From positions 310,001 to 374,000 of the forward strand of contig MU054527.1 of the NCBI GenBank assembly GCA_013239625.1: a DNA stretch of 64,000 nucleotides, given 5' to 3'. Position 1 is the stretch's first letter, and each line of letters opens with the position of its first letter. The notes under the pieces were generated by a model that saw nothing but the letters and a program-made list of their open reading frames with translations, made no database searches and was not told the DNA's origin. The position numbers and the translations under genes were made by a program. This stretch comes from Lama guanicoe (taxonomy: Eukaryota). Positions 26,152-36,869 of this stretch are shown piece after piece.

Positions 26152-27660
26152 CCTCTGGTCTGACTTGATGTCCTGAATTTTTACAGGAATCTTTCATTAG
26201 TGGGTTTTCTGGAGCTGCTGGTGCGTCGGTAAAAAAGTTTAGTTCTGGGGTTCACTATTAGAATTTTCAACATTGCTTTTTACCACAAAGCTGCGTTTTA
26301 AAACAGTTCTTTCAGTAATAAAGCTGACATGTTGGTCTTCATGCGTTTCCCACCACTATCTATCTGTTACTTACTTACAAACTTAGTTGGGTAAAGGAGG
26401 AATTTAATTTTGCCCCCCTTTAAATCACTGATAGCTAATGTATATATTCAAAAGATATACGCACATTTCAGACCAATTTTGGGAATTACACGCTAGATAT
26501 GAGGGAAGGAGTTAGAGCTGAATCGGGGGGTGGTTATAGGGCAAATACACAAGAATCGACAATATGAATTTTAGAACAAAAATGCTGAGTAGAGCAAGCA
26601 CTGTCAAGGGGCATATGTGATGGCAAATAAGAGGAGCTCCTGAAAGAATAAACGGTTTGAAAAACGTTTTAAAACAGAGAGAACTTTGACCAGCAGAACA
26701 AACGGAGGGCCTAGTTCTGGAGTCGGCAACTCCTAGAGATGTCAGTTGTCTATTAAGGGCTCAGCCACAAGGGTGAGCTTCCCGAAGGGGCTCATTCTCA
26801 GCGTCTGTCTGGGCATTGGCGGTCCCCCTGTGAATTCAGTTGACTATGTTTTAGCCACACCAATAGAAACCTGCAGACACTTTATATAAACTACCAGGTG
26901 GACCCTACCTCTGGTCTGACTTGATGTCCTGAATTTTTACAGGAATCTTTCATTAGTGGGTTTTCTGGAGCTGCTGGTGCGTCGGTAAAAAAGTTTAGTT
27001 CTGGGGTTCACTATTAGAATTTTCAACATTGCTGTACCACAAAGCTGCATTTTAAAACAGTTCTTTCAGTAATAAAGCTGACATGTTGGTCTTCACGCGT
27101 TTCCCACCACTGTCTATCTGTTACTTACTTACAAACTTAGTTGGGTAAAGGAGGAATTTAATTTTGCCCCCCTTTAAATCACTGATAGCTAATGTATATA
27201 TTCAAAAGATATACACACATTTCAGACCAATTTTGGGAATTACACGCTAGATATGAGGGAAGGAGTAAGAGCTGAATCGGGGGGTGGTTATAGGGCAAAT
27301 ATACAAGAATCTACAATATGAATTTTAGAACAAAAATGCTGAGTAGAGCAAGCACTGTCAAGGGGCATATGTGATGACAAATAAGAGGAGCTCCTGAAAG
27401 AATAAACGGTTTGAAAAACGTTTTAAAACAGAGAGAACTTTGACCAGCAGAACAAACGGAGGGCCTAGTTCTGGAGTCGGCAACTCCTAGAGATGTCAGT
27501 TGTCTATTAAGGGCTCAGCCACAAGGGTGAGCTTCCCGAAGGGGCTCATTCTCAGCGTCTGTCTGGGCATTGGCGGTCCCCCTGTGAATTCAGTTGACTA
27601 TGTTTTAGCCACACCAATAGAAACCTGCAGACACTTTATATAAACTACCAGGTGGACCCT
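26152..27660. repeat. Tandem duplication, 2 x ~755 bp (26152-26906; 26908-27660)
   Basis: Both units run cctctggtctgacttg...ccaggtggaccct, with roughly ten small differences found by eye. Confidence 0.97.
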
Positions 27661-27744
27661 TGGGGGCCCTGAACATCATGCCATTCCAACTACAAAGTGT
27701 GCTTATAGTTGCAAATACAACTTGGTTTCAAAAAACGTTCACAG

Positions 27745-27776
27745 GCAGTATTCTGCAAGGCCACCAGATGGCGGTC
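27745..27776 (+). promoter_or_regulatory. CTCF site (core plus upstream module)
   Basis: Core GGCCACCAGATGGCGGT at 27759-27775, preceded by GCAGTATTC at the spacing of the CTCF upstream (ZF9-11) motif. Confidence 0.7.
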
Positions 27777-27859
27777 TTCCCGCACGCAAGCAAATAAGGT
27801 GGCGTTTGAACTCCTCAAGGTCTGCTTTGACCACGAAGGTCACAATGGGGACTTCAACG

Positions 27860-27995
27860 CAAACTTCTTAAAATTCAGTAAAATGAGGACTCCAGTTCCT
27901 CAGTGGCATCAATCACATATCGAGAATCCAACAGCCACATGTGGCTCATGGATACGCTACTGGCAGTGCAGAACGCATTTCCATTATCAAGAATT
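27860..27995. mobile_element. MER3/MER33-like hAT fragment
   Basis: 'ccagttcctcagt...cagccacatgtggct...catttccattatc'. Confidence 0.55.
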
Positions 27996-28353
27996 TTTTC
28001 GATTATTTTAAAATTAGTTTAAATTAAAAAATGAGGAAGTTTTAGAGAATGATGATTCTTCCCACTACTTATAACGCCAAACAAGGGTAAAATTTTTTAA
28101 ATGTCTAGCAAATTTTGGTCATCTGAATTGTGATATAAAGGTATCCTGAAATATTACATAGCCATTAAAAATAGTATTTTCTTACAGTGTGGGAGAATGC
28201 TTATGGTATAATTTTAANNNNNNNNNNNNNNNNNNNNNNNNNNNNNNNNNNNNNNNNNNNNNNNNNNNNNNNNNNNNNNNNNNNNNNNNNNNNNNNNNNN
28301 NNNNNNNNNNNNNNNNNNNNNNNNNNNNNNNNNNNNNNNNNNNNNNNNNNNNN

Positions 28354-29030
28354 CAGAACACTCTGACATAAATAGTAACAATATTTTTTGGATCTGTCTC
28401 CTTAGACAAAAGGAACAAAGTTAAAAACAAACCAATGGGATCTAATTAAATTTAAAAGCTTTTGCACAGCAAAGGAAACTACTGAGAAAACAAAAAGACA
28501 ACCTGTGGAATGGGAGAAAATATTTTTAAACGATATGATTGATAAGGGATATGTAAGCATTGTATCTTCAAAATACGTAAACAGCTCACACAACTCAGTA
28601 TCAAAGAAACGAACAACCTGATTAAAAAGGGGCCAGAGGACCTCAACAGGCAACTTCCCAAAGAAGACAGACGGATGGCCAACTGGCACATGAAAGATGC
28701 TCAGCCTCACTAATCATCAGGGAAACGCACGTTAACACCGCAGTGCGGTGTCCCCTGCACACGTGGGGATGGCTACCGTGAAAAAGGCCACAAGCAGCAA
28801 AGGCTGGCGAGGACGTGGGGGAAAGGGACCCCTCGTGCTTTGTTGGTAGGACTAAGTGCCTGTCAGCAGATGACTGGATAGAGAAGACGTGATATACACG
28901 CGTGAGACTCAGCCATGAAAAAGAATGCAGTTTTGCCATTTGTAACAACGGGGATGGCCCTCGAGGGCGTTCTGCCTAGTGAAGTAAGTCTGTCCGTATG
29001 TTATCACTTTAAATTTCATAAAAAGGTAGA
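28354..29030 (+). mobile_element. L1 fragment (ORF2 3' part and 3' UTR, internally deleted), next to N block 28218-28353
   Basis: 'aatgggatctaattaaatttaaaagcttttgcacagcaaaggaaac', 'gaatgggagaaaatattt' and 'ttttgccatttgtaacaac'. Confidence 0.9.
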
Positions 29031-29659
29031 CGAACTGGTAAGTACTTTGATATCTTTCCCTATTTTTTATATTTAGGAAAAATATATCAATGTACTTAAA
29101 ATACGTAAAGAAAGCATCAGTGCTCTCGTCTCCTTCCTTCTAAACGCGTGAATCCGGCCCTTTCCACCAGCGTGAGGTAGTGACTCAAGACAGTGACTCG
29201 GGAAAAGCTGGTTTTGCTCTGGGAGGCAGAAGAAGAAAGAAACACGGTGCACGTATCGGTGTGTGACCAGCTCTTGGCGGTGCGTTTGTGATTTCCCTCT
29301 GAGCCTCCAAGCCAGTGTCATATTTGCGAGGAGAAAGTGCATCAGTCCTAAATACTTATCCAGTGTAGGACTTGCTAACACAGAGAAGGGAAGCCCAGAG
29401 AACTGAATGGCGAGGCACGATGCGTGAATGACGGAAAAGGCTTGACAAGAGGCAGAGTAACTTGAGCTGGAGGCTGGGGACCTCACAGGACTCAGCTCTT
29501 CAGCTGGCCTCAGGGCCCTCCCTTTTACTCAGTTACTCCCTGGGTCTCCGAGCTCCGGGGCTCTCTGGGGCATTTCCAGGGCAGGCGCAGGGGACAGGGA
29601 GCGGGCCTGGGTGGCCATAGCGTCTCGCGGGGTAACAGGTGGAGTGGATGTAAGTGTAC

Positions 29660-29796
29660 CTCTGTGGGGTCATGACGTCCATTCCAGACATCTGAGAGGG
29701 GGTTCAGATTTTCCTTGACCAGGGAGGCCACGAAGGACCCCTCCGCCCCGCTGAGCACAGACACAAGGTGTCCCGAGGCCGCTTCCTGCAGGCCAT
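29660..29796 (-). pseudogene. REG3: REG3-like exon 4 (137 nt; 1-bp frameshift at about 29777)
   Basis: Acceptor ctccacacAG and donor GAG|GTACAC. Reads CGG CC- TCG GGA CAC CTT GTG against REG3 R-P-S-G-x-L-V. Length is not divisible by 3 although both ends are phase 0. WIGL is changed to WNGR. Confidence 0.92.
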
Positions 29797-30003
29797 CTGT
29801 GTGGAGCAGGGAGACCGTGAGGATGAGCCTGAGACGTCAGCGGGGAAGGCAGGGCTGAAGGAGGGACAACGGGTGTGTTTGCACAAGGTGAGGGTGCTCG
29901 CTATCACCCTCAAACATCTCTTGAGAATGGGGTCCATGCACCAAACAACCTGGTCTCTAATTTGCTGGTCCTTCTCAGCCCTAGTGCGACTCCCAGAACT
30001 CAC

Positions 30004-30122
30004 TTCTGCATCTGCCCAGGATCTGGGTGTTGTGAACAAGGCACAGCAGTAGGAGCCACGGGCCACGGAGCCTGCGGGGCAGCTGATCCGTGCAGAAGGC
30101 AGATCCTTCCGGGCATGTTCAG
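30004..30122 (-). pseudogene. REG3: REG3-like exon 3 (119 nt)
   Basis: Acceptor tctccctccccAG and donor GAA|GTGAGT. Encodes the LPSARISCP..GS...GSYC N-terminal part of the lectin domain. Confidence 0.92.
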
Positions 30123-30674
30123 CTGGGGAGGGAGACACAAAGGAGAGCGATGGGGTGAAATGGAGAGTGGGGACTGGAGTGGGGAGGGGACCTGGGACAT
30201 ATGTATGACGTCAGTGCTTGGGGAAGAGAACAGACCACTGACTGCCTCTCCCCATTGCCAACACTCTCAGACGTTTTTAAAAATCTTGAACCAGACCTAA
30301 TAATTGAGATATTTTCTTTTCATGCTTCACCTTTACTCAGAAGTCTGACGTTTCTCCCCCTCGGGTCTGACGGTCCCTGCACTGGATCCTTCTCGTACTC
30401 ATCTCATTAGTGGTCCTCTGTCCTTTCCCTCGTTAATCCTCCCACATAAATCAGATTCTACCAAGAAAATAGAATTCATCTCACTCCAGTGTTAATGGAT
30501 TGCTGAGTGCCTCCCCCCGCAGCTGCCCTGAAGGAAGGAGTGATGAAGGAGGAGTGGCAGGCAGTTCCGTTGTGGGGGGACATCCCATGGCCATGGGAGG
30601 CACACAGAGCTTCCTCCTCCTCTTGGCCCTGACCGTACACGGGGGACCCAGTGCTGGAGGCAGAGAACCCTCTC

Positions 30675-30783
30675 CTTGGACCTGAGAGAGGAGCATCAGG
30701 CAGGTGAGCAGCCCCCAGGACAGGCTGGCGAGGGCCGTGGGAGGCAGCATCGTGTCTGCGGCAGGAGGCGGCAACCAGAGGAC
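30675..30783 (-). pseudogene. REG3: REG3-like exon 2 (ATG at 30750; signal peptide)
   Basis: Acceptor cccttAG at 30785-30784 and 76 coding nt. The expected donor CAAG|GTGAG reads CAAG|GAGAG. Confidence 0.9.
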
Positions 30784-31074
30784 CTAAGGGGAGGGTGGGC
30801 AGAGGGGCCGTGAGAAACCCCGTGTGGTCCCTCCTGTCTCCGCCTCTGTCTGGTCTTCTAGGAACAAATCGGGCTTGAAGGCGCCACCCCCGCCTGTAGT
30901 TCTGGAGAGACCTTGAGACTCTGTCCGTCCCGCCGACCTGAGACCTCCCAGGGCTGCCTTTGCTGAGGCTCAGAGCCCCTGTGATCCCCGAGCCAGGGAC
31001 CCCTGTACATCGTCCCTGACATGTGGGAGCTGGAACCCCTGCGCGGGTCTCATCCCCTCTCAGCTCCCACCTAC

Positions 31075-31100
31075 CTGCCTTGCAGGGTCTGCGCTGGGTT
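31075..31100 (-). pseudogene. REG3: REG3-like non-coding exon 1 (start approximate)
   Basis: Donor GCAG|GTAGGT after 31075, downstream of a degenerate TATA (TTGTAAAG at 31130-31123). Confidence 0.6.
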
Positions 31101-31119
31101 CTCAGGGAAGAAAAGCCTG

Positions 31120-31385
31120 GGCCTTTACAAGAGGATTTGAGGGAGGGGCAGTGAGATGAGTAACGGGGAAGTGGAGCCAGGACAGGGGTTATGGGAAGTG
31201 TCTGGCATTGATTCGAGGAGCTTCCCGCCACGGGGAGGAGCCTCTCCCCAGCCAAGGCTGGGAATTTTCACAGGCGTTGCCTCTTTTCCGTGAGCGGAGC
31301 GGTGCTTTCCCAGCAACAGGTGAAGTCTGCACTTCCCCCACCTTTGTCCAGGTACCTTGTTCTCCAAATCTTCCAGGAATAGCAG
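31120..31385 (-). promoter_or_regulatory. REG3-type proximal promoter with STAT/GAS and NF-kB-like motifs
   Basis: Perfect GAS TTCCAGGAA at 31371-31379; TTCCCATAA on the minus strand at 31189-31197; TTCCCAGCAA at about 31307; GGGAATTTTC at 31260-31269. REG3 genes are known IL-22/IL-6-STAT3 targets. Confidence 0.65.
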
Positions 31386-31834
31386 CAGCCTGGTGACAAA
31401 AATTCTGTTTCATTATTTAGAAAATATTTGACATCGGGTCCTTAAGGAATCACCAAAAGTGTATTTTGGGGCAATCTGCCAAAAACTCATTCTTGCAGGC
31501 GTACATATGTGTTTCATTAATCCTTGTCTTTTATGATTGATGTGAAAAACAAATTAATATGTCAAAGTTGGGTGTGTATAAAACTGGAAAATACTGCCGA
31601 GGGCCATCTATTAGTCGAGGAAAAATAAAGAAGTGAAACCAGCGAAGGAGCAACGGCTCAGCGCGGCTGCTTCTTTGCTGCAGCGAGGTGCGAAGGATGC
31701 CTGGACGTTGCTACGGCAACCGGCGAGCCAGCATCGTAAGGAAGGGGCAGGTGGATTTGCCTGCCGGCCACCTCTGCGTGGGGAGGCTGAGAAACAGTTC
31801 TTCCATTCAGTTCAATCCTGAGCTGGGGATCTGA

Positions 31835-32320
31835 TACTTCAGATTATGGTCTGCAGAGCCCCGGGGGTCTTCAGGACCATCTCAGGGGGGCGGCCAGGTT
31901 TTCACGTTCATTACTATACTGAAATCGCTTTTGCCTTTTTTACTGTGTTGACATTTACACCGGTGGATGGGGTGCAGGCAACGGCGGGTGAACGTTCGGG
32001 TGCCTCGCATTAACCCAGGCAGCACATCAACCCTCTTCTTATCTGTGTGTTTGCAAGAAACAAAACAGATGTTTCCCTTTAAAACGTCCTTGATGAGCTG
32101 GAGGAATCAGTAAAAATAACTCATTTTAGTAAATCTTTACGCTTGAGTATGTGTTTTCAGTATTCCGTATGACTGGATGGGAAGTCCGCATACCAATATA
32201 CGTGTAACAGTAGTCTTGAGAAAAGCATTTACAACCAGTTCTAACCCACCATTTTCATGGAAAACAGTTCTTACTTGAAAATGGACTGAGAGACAAATTT
32301 TTATTCACATTGGTTATCCA
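31835..32320 (+). mobile_element. Charlie1-like hAT transposon fragment
   Basis: 'ttgccttttttactgtgttgacattta', 'aaacgtccttgatga' and 'ttttcatggaaaacagttcttacttgaaa'. Confidence 0.65.
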
Positions 32321-33530
32321 CATGAACAAAAAATAAATTGGATTCCCACCCCTTAAAATATAAAAACAAAACAACAGCCAAAATAAAACAAGACAGATTG
32401 CAGGAGAACCGATGACTTAAACGTGAAAACTAACATTTAACAATTTTAAGAGAAAATATTAAAAACTACGTTTTTGACTCTGGTTTAGGAAGGTGTTTCT
32501 TAAACACAAAAAGCACAAACTATAAAATAAAATATTGCTAAATAAGACCACTTTAAAATCAAAATCAAAATAAAGTAATTGTATAAGAAAATGCCATATA
32601 TACATATACAGCTCTGAGAAACAATTGATTTTTAAAATATGCTTATAACAGTAAAAATCAGCAAGGGAAAGAAAAATGCATTCACTAGAAGAGTGAAAAA
32701 TACAGGCACGCATTTCAGTGAAGCAGCAGCAAAGTGGGCAATGCATATATGACAATACGTCACCCCATCAGCAAACACTAAAATTAGAACAGAAATGAAA
32801 TGTAATTTCACACCTACCAGATTGACAAAAACGAAATTTTGACTTTCCAAGATCTTGGCGATGATTTGGAGCAACGAGGCTTCTCCGTTGCTGCTGGCGG
32901 CAGCGTTGATTGACACAACCCTTTAGGGAAACTGGCATTTTCTTAAACCCTGGTACTCAATGGTTTTACACTGAGGAATACACAGCTTTCATGTGAATGC
33001 CGAGGACTATATACACACAGGAATGTCAGCAGTATCGCTGGTTATCATGGCAAAAGCCAGAAACATGCCCAGTGTCCACTAACAGGAAACTGGATAAGCG
33101 TTTTGTGATTTAAGTAAGCAGTGTATCTGAGTGAAACTGAGTGAACCCCTCTTACAGCATCAGGGTGGTTTGACCTCAAAGACTCAACATTGAGGAAAAG
33201 CTGTCAAAGTATAGAAGATTATATACTGTGTCACTTCCCTTTTCAAAAGGTCAAAAACAAAGATTTGAAGAAAGATTCTATGTCATTTAGGCAGATTATA
33301 TACATAATAGAATTACGGGGCACGATAAACTCAGAATTCCGAATTGTTACATCCGAATGAAGAGAGAGGGCAATGACTGGAATGAGGACACGGGAGCTTC
33401 AAGTATGTGAGTAGTTACATACTTTTCAAGTACAGCGATATGTACTTGAAGTTTTACAAAAATGATTCTTTGACTTATGTACATGTTACATTTGTTGTCC
33501 CCTCTGTATAAAATAGATGATATTAAAACC
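32320..33530 (+). mobile_element. Old L1 (L1ME-like) 3' region
   Basis: 'aaaataaattggattccc', 'aaatgtaatttcacacctaccagattgacaaaa' and 'ccagtgtccactaacagg'. Confidence 0.6.
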
Positions 33531-33639
33531 GAAAGGAAATTGAATTTAGTAATAGGAGAAGACTAGAAATGATTTTAAATGGCCTTGAAATGATTGGCGT
33601 TAGTGCATAGAAATCAATCTAAAACCAGTTGTTAAACTG

Positions 33640-33960
33640 CAGATAAAGGTTTCGCCAAGATATCAGCCAGGCTTGGTCATCCGAAAGCTCGACTGGGGCT
33701 GAACGATCCAAGAAGACTCATGATCATGCAAAATCTGTGCTGACTGCTGGCCAGAGGCTTCAGTTCCTCGGCACACGGCCCCTTCCTTAGGCTTCTGGGG
33801 TGTTCTTACCAGGTGGTAATTAGCTTCCTCCAGCACAAGTGGTCCAGAGAGAGAGCAAGGCGAAACCACCGCTGGCACATGAGACAAAAGCTTCAGATGT
33901 TGCACGTGGTCATTTCTGCAAGGTCTTACGGGCAGCACAAGTCAGCCCCGTCCAGCCAGC
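33640..33960 (-). mobile_element. MLT1 LTR fragment, reverse orientation
   Basis: 'gactgctggccagaggcttcagttcctcggcacacggccccttcc', 'ccagagagagagcaag'. Confidence 0.55.
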
Positions 33961-34349
33961 GTGGGACTGCACGGCAGCGAGGACGGCAGGGATCGCTGGG
34001 GGCTGTCCTAACAGAGTGCTGCCGGAGCCGGAACCTGGTGCGTCGCCAGCCATCGGTCAGAAACCCCGCGCCAGAGGCTCGGTCCCGTGTTTCTCCCCTT
34101 GGAGGCCTTTCTGAATCTGTGTGGTATTTACTATTTTCACCTGGGAGAAGGAACTTCACTCAGTTTCATCCAGCAGCTCTCAGACTTCAGATAAACTTGG
34201 GTGCGTGAGGGAGCAGAGGACGGGGTGTTTAGCTCCTGCTGTCTGCACACTCTGATGTCCCTACCTATTTAAAATGTTCAGTTATGAACTGAATTTATCA
34301 GCCCTCTCCTCTCTGAAACCTTTCAGGGATTTCTTCATCATGCATTCTT

Positions 34350-34790
34350 GGGATGAGCTATTGCTGGAGGGCAAACTAAAAGTCAGTGGCTTAAAGCATC
34401 AACGCAGTATCATTTTTCGTGGTTTTGAGAGTTGACTTACTTCCATGGTTCTTACTTCTTGTGGTTCTTCCTAGAGGTTCCTTATGCAGATAGCAGCTGG
34501 TGCTGGAGTCATAGGAAGGAGGGAATGCAGGGCTGGACCTCAGAGGCAGTCACCTTCACGAGTGCACGCGATGCTAACTATTACTGGCGGAGAGCTCAGC
34601 TGGGTCTGTTAATTAGCGTGTCAACACAGGACCCTTCTGCCTGGCTGGACTTCTTGTAGCATGGAGGTGTCAGCACGGCAGGGCTTTTACTGTTGATCAG
34701 GGCTCTTAGAGGGCAAGGCAGCAGGGGCCAGTCCTCTCAGAATGGGCTCAGAAACGACATTAAACCATGTATACCATACTCTATTGGACA
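34350..34790 (-). mobile_element. MLT1 LTR fragment, reverse orientation
   Basis: 'agtcagtggcttaaagca', 'ggctggacttcttgtagcatgg' and 'tgggctcagaa...ccatactctattgg'. Confidence 0.55.
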
Positions 34791-36869
34791 CGCCTGAAGT
34801 TTTATTCCCAGCACCTAGAACACTGAGCACCCAACACTGTTCATTGAATAAGTGAATGTGTTTATTCATAATGGCTTTGATAGTCATAGCAGTTGCATTT
34901 AATTTCATGATGTCTTACAGGTTTAGAAGGTTTGGATTTTAACTTTATGTCCTTCATTTAATGTGTTATTTTGAGGAAGTAATTTTATCCTCCCTTCTTG
35001 GATTCTGTGCTTCTCAGTTTTCCAGCGGGAATCTGGGACAAAGTCGTCTCTGAGGCACATCCTGTAATTCTCCTTTTGTTTGTCTGGGATGCCCTAATAT
35101 CATGCGTGTGGGTTATCCTCACGTTACCGTCTCAGGTACTCTTTAGGAAGGCCGTCTTCTCACCTTGTTGCACCAGAGGAACCATTTCTGAGCAAACTTT
35201 GGGAAAAGTGCACACTCCCGTGGAGCTAGTCTGGAAATGGAGCCACAGCAGATCATTTTCACTCTATTACTCAGTGGCGGCTGTTAGAAACAACGAAGTT
35301 CCAGAATGGAAACGTGCACCTTAGGAAAGCACGTTACTCACGCATTCGGCGCCGTCAGGGAATTGCCGGGCTGACTTGTGCAGAAGCCTGTCTGATTACA
35401 GCCACCACTAGCTTCGCGCCCGGCACTGCGTGTGCTGAGAGCTGTGTGTGTGTGTGATCATGGTTAACATCCAGGGCGTCATTATGAGCCAACTATACCT
35501 TCATTTCTGACACAAGAAAACGACCCTTTGGAGAGATTGAATACCTTGGTCATGGTTCCTCGAAAGTAACCGAATGAGGATTAAAACACCCAAAGTTACC
35601 GTTACCAGCTTCTTCTAGAAAGAAGAGACTTTTTTTTTTCCTATAAAAAAGAAATAAGAGTGTTGGCCTTTGCTGCAAGGCCATTAACTTCTGCGCCATG
35701 AGAGAGGAAATATTTTTCCAAGATATTTAATTTACCATTGGAAAAGGACCTGACATTTAGAAGCCCTAAGCCTGGAAAGTCCGCTTTCTGATATACATGG
35801 AGGGCGTTGAAAACACTAAGGAAAATGTGTGACTGACGGCCTTGTGTGATTTTTGCTGAGCTACGTGAATCTAATGGACACTTAAAAAAAAAGAAGAATG
35901 AGTTCAGTGGAGTTCTTAGATCCTCTTTACGTACTCAGATACCACGTCATCAATTCCTCGCTTCCAGAAAAGGACTTCTATTGGCCCTTCCTTCCCTATA
36001 GTAAGTTATCCAAATGCTGTGAATTCCAGCTTCCTGCTGATTTAGATAGTTGTCTCAATTGCCAGTGTCGCACATTGTTTCCTTTCATCCTCAAAACTCC
36101 CCTGTGTATTCGGCAGGACGGTGTTAACTAACTCCACATTGCAATGAGGAAACCCAGCGACAGGAAGGGAGCCCGATGTGGTCGATGTCACACTGCACGC
36201 TGGTGACCAAGTCAGGGTGAGAACTGAATTCTCCCCCTGCATTCTTCCTTCTTGATGCTGGACTCCACACCATTTCCCTTGAATTAGAATTTTCAGGCAT
36301 TCAGCAGCAATGACTTAAATTCTGAAAAGATCCAGTTGATTGCTCTCTGACGTGGTTAAGTTTCGAAAGGTTTCACCTCAGTTGATGAATGCATTAATTT
36401 TAGAACATCTCATTTGCTTTCTGCTAATGGAATTTTCAGCAGGGGATTGGTTAGCTAGCTTTTCTACACCTCATGCAGAGTTTAAGTGTCATTTTTATGC
36501 AGTGATATTTACTGCATGGAATAATGGTCTAATCAATTTTGGGGAGCAAGCAGGACTTGCTCTAAGTCATTCTTGTCTGTAGTTGCCGCTGAGTGATCGC
36601 TGTGCACGGGGCCCCAGGGCGGCTGTCACGGCCGCTGTCACCTACAGCAAAGCTTTGGAGAAGAGCAAAGAGCTGAGGTGTTCAGGTCAAGGAGGGGCTT
36701 ACCTGGGAGCTTTGCCAGCTTCTGGCTATGTGAGATACGGCAAGGAACTTGACGTCTCCGCCTCTGCTTCCTCGGTGATAAAACGAAGACACCATCTCAG
36801 GATCCCCTTGAGAGTTAAGGAGAAAGGTTGACCTTCCCGGCGCTGCACGAGGGCAGAGGGGCGGCTCGG

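Larger units (their letters stand above)
29660..31100 (-). pseudogene. REG3: Unprocessed, 3'-truncated REG3 (REG3A/REG3G-type regenerating islet-derived C-type lectin) pseudogene, exons 1-4
   Basis: Signal-peptide exon MLPPTALASLSWGLLTCLMLLSQVQG. Exon 3 AEHARKDLPSARISCPAGSVARGSYCCALFTTPRSWADAE. Exon 4 MACRKRP/(fs)[39 protein letters not shown]. All are collinear with recalled human REG3A. The exon-2 donor is dead, exon 4 has a 1-bp deletion, and exons 5-6 were not found. Confidence 0.93.

Noticed and set aside
29073-29486. 137-aa ORF as the missing REG3 exons 5-6
   Set aside because: No EPN/GWEW/WKD or cysteine pattern was seen in this ORF or by eye in the surrounding sequence.
30476-31255. 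259-aa and 97-aa minus-strand ORFs as an intact gene
   Set aside because: They run through REG3 promoter and intron sequence; only the signal-peptide exon (26 aa of the 97-aa frame) is homologous to REG3.
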